This document shows, one piece after another, positions 50,454 to 64,000 of a stretch of DNA of 64,000 nt. Within the stretch, counting starts at the first letter, position 1. Every line of letters begins with the position of its first letter. Location of the stretch: assembly GCF_009914755.1 (NCBI RefSeq), contig NC_060944.1, one strand, 5' to 3'. A model generated the notes under the pieces. The model had not been told where the DNA came from and made no database searches. It saw nothing but the letters and a program-made list of their open reading frames with translations. The position numbers and the translations under genes are program-made. The DNA is from the human T2T-CHM13v2.0 reference genome, Homo sapiens.

Positions 50454-51626
50454 TTGTTTAAACAAAGAAAAATAGTAAAATTAATCTATGTAAAACATAC
50501 CATATATATTCAACTGCTACTAAATATAAAAAGCTTTAAAACTGTGTGTTCAATTTTGGTTACTGTATTACCACAACACTTATATTAAAATATGTATACT
50601 TTTAAATTTGGTTGCTATAAAAAATGGATTCTAATCCTATAAAAGTTATTTCCTAATATTCAATAAATGTTGCCTAAGGGCTTTTTCAATCCAAATAGCA
50701 ATTTTAATTATTCCGGAATTTAAGGGTGCTCTAAATTTCCATTTAACAGGGTGAGAATGCTGTATTATTACAAGTGAGAAAAGTTACAGGACATGGAGCT
50801 TATTCCGTTTTAGAGTCCATATCCTGATTATATTTTATATCCTCTTCTTGATTTCTTACAACTAGATACATATTCATTTGCTCAGCTGGAAAAAATTTGT
50901 AACATTTACTGACTTTACGTATGAACTCTACCAGCTAGTTAACAGGAAATATGTAATTAAACATTGCCTTTATCAAGTAATGTAAAAAAAGGGTAAGAGT
51001 AACTTTGCAACATAGGACTTGAATGAGCGACTGGTGATGATCAAAATCTGGCACTTAATTGATTTATACTTGTACACTCACAGCTAAACGTCTCTACCTG
51101 TTTTTCTATGGTGTAAATCTAGGACATTACTTATCTACATAGGAAGAGTAATAAATATTAATAATGTGCTATGATAAACATCCTGCACTCTTCCAAATCT
51201 TACAATAAAACTGCTTCAATTTCACTTGTTTAGCTTTTATATTTAGTTTGTTAGTTGATATATGCTTATTTTAAAGAACCTGAACTACTCTAACAGAATC
51301 CACATAATTTTTATATTAGCCAAACTGCTTCTTTCTAACTCTGGTTCTAATAGTTATAAAAAGATAATGATAAATTTATGAAGTAGATACAGTCAAACCT
51401 GAATTTCTTAAAGTATATACTTAGAATTGGTTATAATTTTTAGATATTCTTTGTTGATGGTCTTTTCCCAAACTCATGATGTCCTCTCTAGGTAATATTG
51501 CCACACTCATAAATTATAAATAAAGACAAAAATGTGAAAACTACAGTAATTTAAGAGAATATAGGTTTTCTACATGCCATTTCTATTGGCTACTGAAAAT
51601 AGTGAAAATAAGTAAATAAATAGCTA

Positions 51627-51755
<129 letters not shown>

Positions 51756-51837
51756 TCATTGAAAAATACCTCAAACTCTGATTATACATATTTACTATTA
51801 AATTTATAAATACTGTTAATTTCTTTTTCACTTATTA

Positions 51838-52215
<378 letters not shown>

Positions 52216-52492
52216 TCAAGAGGAGGGCCACTCATTGACTGGGTAGCACAAGGCCCTACTTCTATTAGGGCATGCTGGCTGGAGTCCTCTGTGTCCTGGC
52301 CATAGCACAGCCTTTGACTGGCATCATGCCCATTCCATGAACGAATAGAGAGATTGACTAACCCCAGTGACTAGCTTTGGGAGCTGGTAGGATGATTAGG
52401 AAAACTGAACCCTCAAGAAAAGAAAAGCATTTAGCTCAGTGCTCTGTCCCAGAGGCTACATTGTGTTGCCTCTTTTGTCCATCAGTTTTCAT

Positions 52493-52645
52493 TTTTTCAG
52501 ACAGGGTCTTGCTCTGTCACTCAGGCTGGAATGCAGTGGTGATCAGAGCTCACTGCAGCCTTGAACTCCTGGGCTCAAACAATCCTCCTGTCTCAGCCTC
52601 CCGAGTAGCTGGGCCTACAGGCATGCACCACCATCCCCAGCTAAT
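52493..52645 (-). mobile_element. Alu right monomer / FRAM-like
   Basis: gacagggtcttgctctgtcactcaggctggaatgcagtgg..cagcctcccgagtagctggg. Confidence 0.85.
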
Positions 52646-52723
52646 TAGGTGATTTATTTTGAAAGCACTTTGAGAAGCACTTCACTGTCAAATCTGTAGG
52701 TCTAAAAGGAAAAGCATACATAC

Positions 52724-52815
52724 ACATAATTGATTTCACATTGTTTTACATTTCCTTTGTCTTCTTCTTGAATGTCATCTTTTTTCGTGGTTTCTCTTTC
52801 AGCACAGGATCTAAT
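52724..52815 (-). pseudogene. FRG1: FRG1 paralog exon 7
   Basis: [31 protein letters not shown]; AG/GT intact; 92 nt. Confidence 0.94.
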
Positions 52816-54870
52816 CTAGATATTGGAAAAGAGAATCCAATGGGTTATATGTTTATCTTCCACCTTCCCCACTTTACGTATCACATAAGAATATTCGAGA
52901 TGATTTCTTATGCAGAAGAAAAAATTAACTGAGCAACTATATTCAGAAAAAGACAGGTTCTGGCTATGTGTTTTTACTTCATATATATAATCTATATGAG
53001 TAAGTGTTATCACATGCTTCCTCTGCAGCCCTTGTGTCAGAAACACTACAGACAAAATTATTTCAGAAACATTTTACACATCAGATCCTGCTAGGCTATA
53101 AAGCAATCATTAATTTAATTTTGTCCTCCAAGTGAATACACTAGGATCAAATTATCCCTAGTAGACAAGTGTTCATTTGATCAGATTGAAAGCTTAATAG
53201 CTATTTTACATTGCACAGACTATTACCAAAGTATTAAAATTCTTAACATTACACAACTTGTTTTTAATTAATTGGAACCCACCTCTTTTACTAGCTTCTT
53301 ATATCCTCCTAAGTTTGGATAGCTGTTTACTATCACATGTCATAAGTTAATTGATCTGCATTCAACAATTAGGATTGCCCACAGAACAGGCAATTGGCAA
53401 TGGTAAGGACTCATGTCTCCTAAGGGATCTCTGTGGCCAGAGTCCAGTTCCAGGGCTGCTTAGACAGTGATGACAAATAACGTGTTTGTGCCAATGACAT
53501 CTTTGTGACAGTTTTGATTAGAGGGGTCCCAGACCTGAAAACATTCCCTGCTAGGGCCTGTAGCACAATGCTACCTTTAGTAAGAGGGATGTGTGTTCTG
53601 GTAGACAAGGCAAGGTCATAAAGATGAAGGGCTGACAGAGATTAGGAGAGCTTGCAATTAAATGGTACGAAAAGTGTCCTAAATAATCACTGTTCAGAGC
53701 TTCCAAGTACTTGACTAACCAAAGAGACCCAGAAAACTTGGTATTTCATCTGAAAATTTCTTTAAATAGTGAAAAACGCAATCTTTGTGTAAGTATCTTT
53801 GTATCTTTGTATAAGTGCAAAGCACTGCACATATATTTGCAATTGTTGCCTTCAATAACACTTTTGTGATGATATCCAGATGAAAAATAATTTAAACATG
53901 ATACAATAAAATATAAATAAGTAAAATTAAATGTAAGTCACAAACCCATCTGCATTTCCTCAATGACCTGTTTCCTGAGAAGCAATGTGCTATGAAATAC
54001 TGAGAGTGGCCTCTGGAGTCAGCTGGGCCTGGGTACACATCCTGTCTTACCACACCTTGAAATCACTGTGATTTCCATGAACTGACTGACAAAAACCACG
54101 AGGATGTAAGGAGGGTCAGAGGCTGTCTTCCTGTCTGTAAGGCTGAGCTCATATCCACCTCACAGGATCATTATGGAAATTCAAGACTACAACTCATATG
54201 CCGGATGCATGCAACGAAAAAATATAACATTTCACTTCTCTAACTGTAATAAAATACCTACATTTTAGATTGAAATTGTTTGAGCTTTGGATTTGAAATT
54301 ATCTGAAATCAAGACTATTCTAAGAAGAAAATCAAACATATGACCAGAAATCTAACATGAAGCACATACAGAGAATTGATAGATGCTTTTAAATTACACT
54401 GGTAGTAGAGAAAAATGTAACATAAATTTTTATGCTCTAATTATAAGAACGAAGGGCATTTTAGAAAAGGCATTTGCCCCCTCTCTTAGAGCCTTCCACT
54501 CTGGCCCCCACAATGCCTTACAGAGCAAATCTGGGTCAGACTGGATGCAACCTGTGATTCCCAACAGAGACAAACAAAGCAAGGTTCAGGATGCTCAGTA
54601 CTGCGATGAAATGCCAAGACACAGAAAAGCCATGTGTCAAGAAGGTGGGAGTTATTCTTTAGACACATCCTGGTATATGTTTATCATTAAAGATCAGTGG
54701 CTTTTGTGAGTCTAAAAAATTAAGCCTTAAATGTTTTCATCAAATTCCAGTTAACTACCTGATTTATCTAGCTTATATTAACAATGTTATTTAGAATTTC
54801 ACCTTGATATGAAGATGTCTGTGTAACTATTACAAAGATGTAAAACAAAGAGTAGGATTAGGGAGGGCAC

Positions 54871-54912
54871 AGGCCACTGGTGCAATGGATAACACATCTG
54901 ACTATGGATGAG
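54871..54912 (+). pseudogene. 5'-half tRNA-Arg(ACG) retropseudogene
   Basis: aggccactggtgcaatggataacacatctgactatggatgag versus tRNA-Arg-ACG GGGCCAGTGGCGCAATGGATAACGCGTCTGACTACGGATCAG; most differences are CpG transitions; no 3' half. Confidence 0.8.
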
Positions 54913-56009
54913 GGAATTTAGCCTGGAATAAGGAACTTTTATTTCCAGCTTAGTGATGCACACAAATTTTCAAAATAAAATAAAAATCATGTTTTATGTG
55001 ATTCATGTTTCTCCTAATGCAAAGGAGGACAGGTACTATTAATAAAAATATTTTTAAAATGTAAGGGCTAAGGCCCCAGAAGTTCTGCTATGATTTTTTA
55101 TGTTTCATAGAGTGATTATCATCACAGAACCTCAAGCATTACGTAAATACAAATGCGTATACCCCAACCTGGTAATTCTGCTTCTGGAAATTTTTCTTCA
55201 GGTCCACCCGCACATCTGCAAATTGATGCATATTCAATGGTATGTATTGCAGCACTGTTTATAAGAGCAAAAGACTGGAAACAGCCTAAATTTCCATCTA
55301 TAAAAGACTAAATAAATTAAGGTATAGCCCTAAACTGGAATATTATGTGGCTGTTAAAAAAAAGAGAGAGAGAGGAAAAGCAAGAAAAAGAGAAAATTTT
55401 CTACATTCAAACTAATAGTAGAAAACTCTCCAAGATACAATTTTAAGGAAAAAAAATCAAAGTCAAGAAGACTATAGAGGAGGCTGCCTTTAGTGTAAAA
55501 CAGTTGAAAATTATAAATATATTCATATGTTTATAAAGAAATTTTAGGAGGCTATAAAAAAACAAAACAAAGGGAAAGAGGAACAGGAGCTGGGACACAG
55601 GTGAGTAAGGTGTATGGTAGGCATATGTCTTCATCTTCATATGCTTTTATTTAAAAATGTTGGACCACGTGTACATGTTATCTATTTTAAAAATTAGATT
55701 TTAAAATACAAACAAGAAAACAAGAAAATGAAAGTTTAAAAAGAGCATGTGGAACTACCAGAAAAAGATACTAATCCATGGAGATAATGGCAAGGTAGCT
55801 CCTAGATGCACTGATTTCTCTACCACATTGTATAAACAAGCCATCAACTATGGGATTTGTAATTAAAAATGAGTCTACTTGAAGCACCACATTATAAAAA
55901 CTATTAACTAAATCTTTAAAGTGACAGTAAATGATGACTTAACATTTTAAAGAGATACAGTCACATCGCATGTGTGAATGCAGTCATCTGTATAAAATGT
56001 CATCATTAT

Positions 56010-56111
56010 CTTCATCATTTCTTCTTCTGCTGTTTTACTTTTTGCTTCTATGTCGCCTGCTTCATTGCATCTAATAAAGCAGCTATTTGAGGCCAACAAA
56101 GCCATTTTCCC
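56010..56111 (-). pseudogene. FRG1: FRG1 paralog exon 6 (both splice sites mutated)
   Basis: [34 protein letters not shown]; acceptor reads GG (56112-56113), donor reads AT (56008-56009). Confidence 0.93.
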
Positions 56112-58368
56112 CCAAGTGAAACAAAATAACAAAATAGCCATGAGGATACTTCTTGTAGAAGAAACATTAGGTGTTTAGACTGAATTAATTTTTCCTCCCT
56201 GATTTAAAAATCACAGAGAAGAACTTAGAGAAAAACCTGAAAAATATAATACAAGAACATATAGAAAAGGAAACCAAAATCACCTTTCATTTTACTATTC
56301 AAAGATTACCACAATAAACATTTGTAGCGTATCTTCCTAGTAGGACTAAATTCTAATTAGATGAGGTAGGATTGCTTCCTTTCTAAAAGATCTACTGAAG
56401 ATAAAACTGATTTAGTTCTGTTTGAAAAATTAACTTTAAAGACAAGAACATAATTATGAATGCATACTTTATTCAAATATTAGCATTTTAAGTAAAATTT
56501 ATTTTCTTCACAATTAGAAAACATGAAAAGGTATATACAATGCCTTTGGTGTTTTGAATTTAAGAATCAATGTTTGAGGGACTTTTGTGTGTGAAAATAA
56601 ATATTCATATACATTTTTAGTTGTTTAATGTTTGATGTATTACACTGCTTTCTATTAAACAAAACTTTAAAAACTGATTTTCTTGTGTATCTAAATCTGG
56701 GTTGTAAATTTGTTTAGCTTAACTCCTGTAACAAATATAATATTTATTTATAACTTGTATTTGGTTGATTCTTTTGGAAAACTTGGAATACCATAACATT
56801 TAGACAAAATATTTATAAATACAATGATTACAAAATATGTTAACCTTATATCACATCCAGTTAAAAATGTGCTGATAACATGGATTTCTTAGTCAAGTCA
56901 CAAGAGCTGGGTGGTCTCTCATCTGGATGGCTCCTGGTGAGCCCTGGAACATGGCGGTGTGGTCCAAGGTGATTTAAACCTGTGCCACAGATTATTCAGC
57001 TAAGTCCTTTTTGCAATACAGTTTTAAGACCGTCTTTCATTTAAATTTAAATTTTTGAAACTTAGTGTCCTTCCTAAAAATAAAATGAAATGAACTTTCC
57101 TAAAGTGTTGTATTATTAGTACTATCTAAGTCATCATCCTGGCCTTATGAAATATTGGCATTTTCTACTGGTGTAACTTTTATTAGAAGCATCTCATCAT
57201 AACTAGTAGGATCATCTCAAAGGGGTTGCAACACATTAGCAGGTAATGAAATCAATGTAGTGTTTCCTGAACGGTATTGGATGGGTGGGGGGGGAAAGGA
57301 ATACACACAGACACACAGAGGAAGGGGTAAAAGAGAATAAGAGATATCAAAGTGCATAACACATGGATAAGTAAGTATTGTTAAGTACAACTCTTGCTTC
57401 AGTTACACATATGTGTGTGCTGGGCTGCAATGTAAAAATGCATTTCTCAATGGATTGGGTCAAAATAGTTTTCAAGTCACTGACTTAAGATTTTATCCTA
57501 GGGGATGAGGAAATTAGTCTAAGTGATTACCTCTTTCTGGTGGGATGTTTGTTTAATCTGTCATCTTAGAAAACACTGCTGAGTTCCTACTTTCAGTTCA
57601 TTAATGTATACTACCAAAGCTGCTACTCAAAGGCTGAGCTTATCTTCTATTTGCTTGTTCTGCGTGGTGCCCACTGGTCCTTACTGCTTTTGATATAGTT
57701 ATCTACTTTTTAAAGACAGTTTAGCACTCACATATTTTTGTTCAATCTTTACTTCTCACACAAACAGAAAAAGGAAATTATGTATTCTGTATCAACAAAG
57801 ATTTAACAAAACATCCATGTACTACAACTGTCTACTTACTAAAATCAAGAATTAGTATCTTTTTTCTTCTTATATTAAAACTGTCTTTTCATACGCTATT
57901 TTTAGCTTATGAACTGAAAGTCTTTTAGAGATAATTTACTTCAATGAACTATTATTATTTATATTTTATAAGCAAATTGTCACAACTTGGTCTTAGCTAG
58001 CTCCAACGTTCACTTACAGTCTGTAATGTTTCTGAAAGCATCCATGATTTCAGCTACAAAGAAGATACTTAGGAACTATTCTGTTTTCCCACTCTGTGAT
58101 CTAAAATTGACTGGTTCTTCAATGGAAATGAGATCCATAACTAGGCACTAAGGGTATACAGAAATAATTGTGGGCAAAAGTACTAATGCTATTTTTGTTG
58201 CACTATATTTTGAGATCTCTTTAAGGCTCTATGTTCTTACTGATTTATTCCAATTTAATATGTTATACTATTGCATCCTACTTTTTCTTTTTAAATACAT
58301 TATGATTGACTGTTACAGACTTTCTGTTAAACTGACAGGAAGTTTTTATAAACAATAACAGCACTTAC

Positions 58369-58483
58369 ATTTTGAAAGACTTGTTCCCATTGTTCTTTTG
58401 GTCCAATTGCATCTGAACACCCAACAACAAGTTCATCTGAATTTATACCAAGATATTTTCCATAGCCAGAATTCAGGGCGATT
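58369..58483 (-). pseudogene. FRG1: FRG1 paralog exon 5
   Basis: [38 protein letters not shown]; AG/GT intact; 115 nt. Confidence 0.94.
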
Positions 58484-58627
58484 CTGTATATTAATAAGAC
58501 ACATAAAAGTTAAAAACTGAGAGAAAATTAATTATAGAACATCAAAACAGGACATGTGTATGTGTGTGGGTGTGTACATATGTAAAATTTCAGACTGGAC
58601 ATATTCCAAGTGTTCAAAAGATGCATG

Positions 58628-58931
58628 TGGCTGAGTGGTGACTCGCTCCTGTAATCTCTGTGCTTTGGGAAGGCAATGGGAGAATTGCTTGAGGCAAGAA
58701 GTTCAAGATCAGCCTTGACAACATAGTGAGAACCCATCTCTACAAAACATTTAAAAAGTTAGCTGGGCTTGGTGGTGTGCACATGTAATACCACCTACTT
58801 GGGGAGGCTGATGCAGGAGGAGTGCTTGAGCCCAGAAATTTGAGGTTATATTGAGCTATGATCACACCACTGCCCTCCAGCCTGGGTGACAGAGTGAGAC
58901 CCTGTGCCTTAAAAAAAAAAAAAAAAAAAAA
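58628..58931 (+). mobile_element. AluJ-type element in FRG1 intron 4
   Basis: Diverged full Alu with a long poly-A tail. Confidence 0.88.
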
Positions 58932-60276
58932 GCTACATATGACTAGTTGTTGCCATATTGGACAGTGTAGCTTTAAATTTAGTTTTATATTTTGCTTTTT
59001 TAATATAAACATTGTACCTTATATATTACATAACAAATATTTTCAAAATTCATCATTCTTCAATTATACCTCTTTAGTTATAAACTTCAATAATAAATTA
59101 CTAAAACTTTATGTCATCAGTTTTCCAGAAAATACTGCTTCCATTTACATTCTTACCTCAAATTAACAGAGTATGTTTTGTATCATGGACTTTTTTTTTA
59201 AACATTATGACTCTAAAAAAATACTTGAAAACCTGATATGGAAAAAAACAGTATCCTATTACTTTGCATTTTAGTAGTTAACTAGAATAACAATTGTTTC
59301 TCTTTTCCTTTCCTTTTTAGTTTTTAGATTATCTGGTAATGTCCCTTGTCCATTTTTCTATTCAGATCTGATTGTTTGCAATTTTTTTACTGGGGTCTTC
59401 AGTGCTATGAACTCTATACAAGATACATATGAAGTGTAAGAACTCACTGCCTATTAAGATTGTTGCAAATATTTTCCTCATTTGTCAGTTAATTTTCTTT
59501 ATAATCCTTTTTTGTTTATAATTGTAAAGCAGTTTAAAACTATTGAATTTTTTCTTCCTCTGCTTCTATTCTTTGTCTTTTACCCTACTTATCAGACTTC
59601 CAAAGAAAGTATAGAAATAATCATCTTAATGTGATTTTTTAAAATTATGATTTCTTTTACCTTACCAAGAATCTCCTCAGATGCCAGAATTGACTTTTAG
59701 TCCTTTATACGTTAATGATTATATAACAGAAATCATTATCATGTCAATGTAACCAATTACTAAAATATGCAAATTCACTTTCAGTATCTTTTACCCAAAG
59801 AATCATTCCATACTTCTGCACAAGGTGAGAATAAAAAAGGGTACTTTATAAAATGACTGTAAAAATACTGAGTAAAAATATTCTTTTGGTCGTTATGATG
59901 CTGTAACTTTCTCTGCTGGTTTCAACAATATTCCTTTTTTTAGTCTTCCTGTTTGTCTTTAGACTTCCAAACAGTGAGTTTAAATATCATAGCAACAGTG
60001 AACCAGGTTTTGTACTATTTATTTTTTAATCTATCTTATTTGGTGTGTGAAATTATTAGTCTTCATTTTTTAACTTACAAATCTTTTTACCAGCCTAGCA
60101 TTATATATTGATAGGAAATCCACTAAAAGTAGATCACAAAATCTACTTTTCAAAAAAGCTATTTTGTTTTTTATATCAAAATTACCGTGGGCTTAAGACA
60201 GATACTAAAATTTTTAATGAATACAATTAAATTTTTAAAATAACTGGTTACTAATTATATTACAACTTAAGCTCAC

Positions 60277-60334
60277 CTGGAATCAGATAATTTGACAGCC
60301 ATAAACTGCTCTGTTGCACTAGGGCCCTCATCAA
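60277..60334 (-). pseudogene. FRG1: FRG1 paralog exon 4
   Basis: VDEGPSATEQFMAVKLSDSR; AG/GT intact; 58 nt. Confidence 0.93.
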
Positions 60335-61116
60335 CTATTGGAGAAAAAACATTTGAAAATAAATTTGACATTTGCTATAAATATAAAGACATTATTTTGC
60401 TTTAAAAAATGTGGTTATTTTCTTCTGCAATTAAATGTAAGAATATTCAGATATACTGATGTCACTGTAATACTGTTCTTTGGAATCAAGTTCTATTTTA
60501 CCTTCTTTTAACTACAGTGCTAATTTTATACACTGAGTAAGACAGGGTGATATAATGCTTATTTAATAACTTTCAATATAGTTTCTCTTTATGTTTTAAA
60601 ATACAGTCATAAATAAGCACTTATTTAAAAAAGCTAAATGCTTTCATTTATTCAATGGATGGCCTTGCTGACCAAATGATACTGCTTTTTATCTTCTAAT
60701 TACTTTGTATCTCATTAGTGCTTCTTCTAATGAGCTAAAGAAAATTAGGAAGCTTCAAATTGTTAAATGCACCCAGGTTAGTTTTGGTAATAGGTCTGAA
60801 TAAAACAGAAATTCAAACATATTTGACTCAAATAGGTTTTCTTTTTTCTTTCCACTTACTATTTTAATTATTCATATTGTTTTGATTTCCAAAGATACTC
60901 TTCTGGAACTATACGGAATGTTTTCAAATGCTTATATTAGAAAAAGGGACTTGCCAATTGCTGGTAAATATTAAGGAATTAAAAAAAAATGGAAGAGTCA
61001 AATGCAACGGTTCCATTCCTTTGGAAAACGTTTGAGACTAGTTAAGAGTTTGGCCTAAGTGAATGAATGTCCTAAAATCTACACTTGTGGCAGGATCTTC
61101 CCTTCCAGAGGCAAAC

Positions 61117-61242
61117 CTTCACTGTGTGGAGCTCCCAGGGTAAAAAGACCACTGTCGAGTGCATGTATATAGGTTCCCTCATCCATTTCAAAGGCTATGG
61201 TTCCTGGAATTTCACCAAAGTTTGTTAATGTCCACCAGATTC
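61117..61242 (-). pseudogene. FRG1: FRG1 paralog exon 3
   Basis: [42 protein letters not shown]; AG/GT intact; 126 nt. Confidence 0.95.
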
Positions 61243-61572
61243 CTAAAAAATAAAATTGATATTTCAACTTCATATTTTAGTTTTGACAGAGAGTTCTTTG
61301 TTATTATAACTTAGTTTAAAAAACTTTTTATTTTGCAGTCATAAGAAATAATACGAAGATCTCACATACCCTTTACTCACTGTCTCAATGATGACATCTT
61401 GCATAAGTATCATACATTGTTAGAATCAGGAAACTGACATTGATATAATCCATGAAGCTTATTCAGATTTCACCAGTTTTACATGTACTTGTTTGCATGT
61501 ATGTGCACAGATTCATGTGACTACCAGCACAGTCAGGATTAGGTTTTTAAAATACAAAATAAGCAACATACA

Positions 61573-61743
61573 GCCAGGCATGAGGGTGAATGTCTGTAAT
61601 CCCAGCTACTCGGGGAGCTGTGAAAGAGGATCACTTGAGCCCAGGAATTCAAGATTACAGTGAGCTATGATCACACCACTGCACTCTAGCCTGAGTGACA
61701 GAGCAAGGTCCTGTCTCAAAAAAAAGACCAAAACAAAACAAAA
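61573..61743 (+). mobile_element. Alu right monomer / FRAM-like
   Basis: gccaggcatg..ctgtaatcccagctactc..gagcccaggaattcaag. Confidence 0.82.
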
Positions 61744-61892
61744 GGCAACATGTGAAGGTACAAATTGATATATGGAGAATGGCCTCTCTCATGATAGACC
61801 CCAGCCATCTATTCATGCCTGCTTTCCAGAGGCAATGCCTATCATAATGCTTCTTAAAATTGCCTCTACAGGAAGACTTTCTAGCATAGTAA

Positions 61893-62200
61893 TTTTTTTT
61901 TTTTTTTCTTTTTGAGACGGAGTCTCACTCTGTCGCCCAGGCTGGAGTGCAGTGATGCGATCTTGGCTCACTGCGACCTCCGCCTCCTGGGTTCAAACAA
62001 TTCTTTTCCTCAGCTTCCCGAGTAGCTGGGGTTACAAGAGCCTACCACCATGCCTGAATAATTTTTTTTTTTTTGTATTTTTAGTAGAAACGGGGTTTCA
62101 CCACATTGGCCAGGCTGGCCTTGAACTCCTGACCTCGTGATCCACCCGCCTCTGCCTCCCAAAGTGCTGGGATTACAGGTGTGAACCACCGCACCCAGCC
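61893..62200 (-). mobile_element. AluS-type element
   Basis: Poly-T followed by a full Alu, with flanking agtaat. Confidence 0.92.
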
Positions 62201-62687
62201 AGTAATCTTAACTGTGATTTTAGATTGAAAGCAAAATGAGCAGAATCTATGCCTATGTATACTAATTTCCAATTTGCCAATAGAAATGTTAGACTCTAGC
62301 AACAATTATTTTAGCAGTTTTTATAAAAGTTTCTATCTTAATGTTAAAAAATATCCTCAAACCTCCTCCTAAATTGTACTTTAACTAGAGTAGAAATGAG
62401 TCAATCATTAACTGGATATGACATATTAAGGAATTCTTGTTAATTTTACAAGGTCTGATAATGACACAGTATAATGTATAAAAGTAAAGAACAAAACATG
62501 TGATGAGAGAAAGACATACCACGTTAAGAAATGTATATTTACATACTTATGGGTAAAATGATGTAATATCTGTGATTTTACTTAAAATTTTCTAGGAAAA
62601 AATGTGTGTGGGGGTGTGTATGTAAATGAAACGAGCTTGGCAAAATATTGATAATTAATGCTGGGGCCTGGGCACATGGGGGACTTA

Positions 62688-62752
62688 TTATATTGTATGG
62701 ATTATATTGTATGGATTATATTGTATATTGTATGGATTTTATTGTATGGATT
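62688..62752. repeat. Short ~14-bp tandem repeat (tatattgtatggat)n
   Basis: About four imperfect copies. Confidence 0.8.
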
Positions 62753-62879
62753 AGTTTGGGTATTTCCATAATAAAAAGGTTTTAAGGATTCAGTTAATTC
62801 CACCGCACAAAATTTTCTATTCAACTAAACATTTCATCCTTTTCATTATCAATTTTAAAATACATAAAATTTTAGCTAA

Positions 62880-63535
62880 AATGAAGTTGGACCCTTATAT
62901 AACACTAAATACAAAAAGTAACTTAAAATAGACCAAAGACCTAAATGTAAGAGCTAAAGTTAGAAAACTTTTAGGAGAAAATGGGAAAAGCTTCACAACA
63001 ATGAATTTGGCAATGATTTCTTATATAGAACATCAAAGGCACAGGCAACAAAAGAAAACACGGACAAACTGGACTTCATCAGAATTAAAAACTTTTGTGC
63101 ATCAAGAACCACTGTCAACAGAATAAAAGGCAACCCAGAGAATGGAGAAAATATTTGTAAACTACATACATGATACGGAATTAATATCCAGACTATATAG
63201 AGAACTCCAAAAAGATAAATACCACAATTCAAAACTGGGCAAAGGATATACACGGACACTGCTCCAAAGATGATATACAAATGGCCAATAAGCACTCGAA
63301 AAGACGCTCAACATCACTAATCACTAGGGAAATATAAATCAAAACCATAATGCAATACCACTTCACACCCATTAGAATGCTATTATCAAAACAAACAAAA
63401 AACAGAAACAAAGAAAACCAGAAAAACAAATGTTGGGCAGGATGTGGAGAAACTGAAACCCTGTGCAATGCTGGTGGGAAGGTAAAATGGTGCATGTATT
63501 TAAATGCCACTGAAGTGTACACGTAAAAATAGAAA
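62880..63535 (+). mobile_element. Old L1M ORF2-end fragment
   Basis: aatttggcaatgatttctta..caaaggcacaggcaacaaaagaaaa..caaatggccaataagcac..accacttcacacccattagaatg. Confidence 0.8.
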
Positions 63536-64000
63536 AACTGGCAAATTCTATATTCTGTATATTTTACCTCCACACACACACAAAACCAATGGAGAAAAAG
63601 AAAATTAATCAAAATTAAAATTTCAGCTAAAGACGATTAGAAAGCAATAAAACTAATGACGATTTAGATGATTGAGTTATAGCTACAATTGTTTTCAGTA
63701 AAAGAAATAATGCTTTATTCAAAATCATTATGAACAGTGTTATGATTAGCAAGTCTTTCTTATAAATGTAATAGTTAATAATTTTAAATTAGTTTTATTT
63801 TGTATGTTCTATGCCACGTTCACCAAGTACACTTAATATTAAATAAAATAATTTAAATATAATAACTCATTAATGTTTTGCAAATGAAGAAGAAATTTCT
63901 GGGAGACAAGCTCCTCAAAATTTTCACCAATGAAATGTTTAGTTGAACAGAAAATTTTGTGCAGTGGAATTAACAGAATCCTTAAAACCTTTTATTATGG

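Overview
Primate (human or great-ape) genomic DNA from a segmental-duplication mosaic of the FRG1/D4Z4 duplicon family, the kind found at 4q35-related pericentromeric and acrocentric loci. The exact paralog or chromosome cannot be assigned from sequence alone. No intact protein-coding gene is evident. Left to right: (1) 3' end of a processed AGGF1 pseudogene (+); (2) a 5'-inverted L1MA whose tail carries a palindromic expansion; (3) a diverged beta-satellite block that switches orientation; (4) a pol-deleted ERV1 provirus whose 3' LTR carries an Alu and a solo LTR5; (5) a ~139-bp ACRO1-like array rich in ZNF143/THAP11 motifs; (6) a partial D4Z4-like unit with a DUX4-like pseudogene (-) lacking homeodomains but keeping an open C-terminal activation domain; (7) Tigger1, Alus and a CA-rich minisatellite; (8) a ~320-bp inverted duplication joined to a 75-bp triplication; (9) ERVL, MLT2 and L1PB1 remnants; (10) a full-length L1PA4 that appears to carry a 3'-transduced older L1 tail; (11) a single duplicated MLLT10 exon (+); (12) exons 3-9 of an unprocessed FRG1 paralog (-), with the reading frame preserved but three splice sites mutated. 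I see no firm evidence of a new biological system. The most provocative hypothesis is a phase-compatible FRG1-to-DUX4-activation-domain read-through splice, which is speculative. Gene and repeat-family assignments are from recalled sequences, not database searches.
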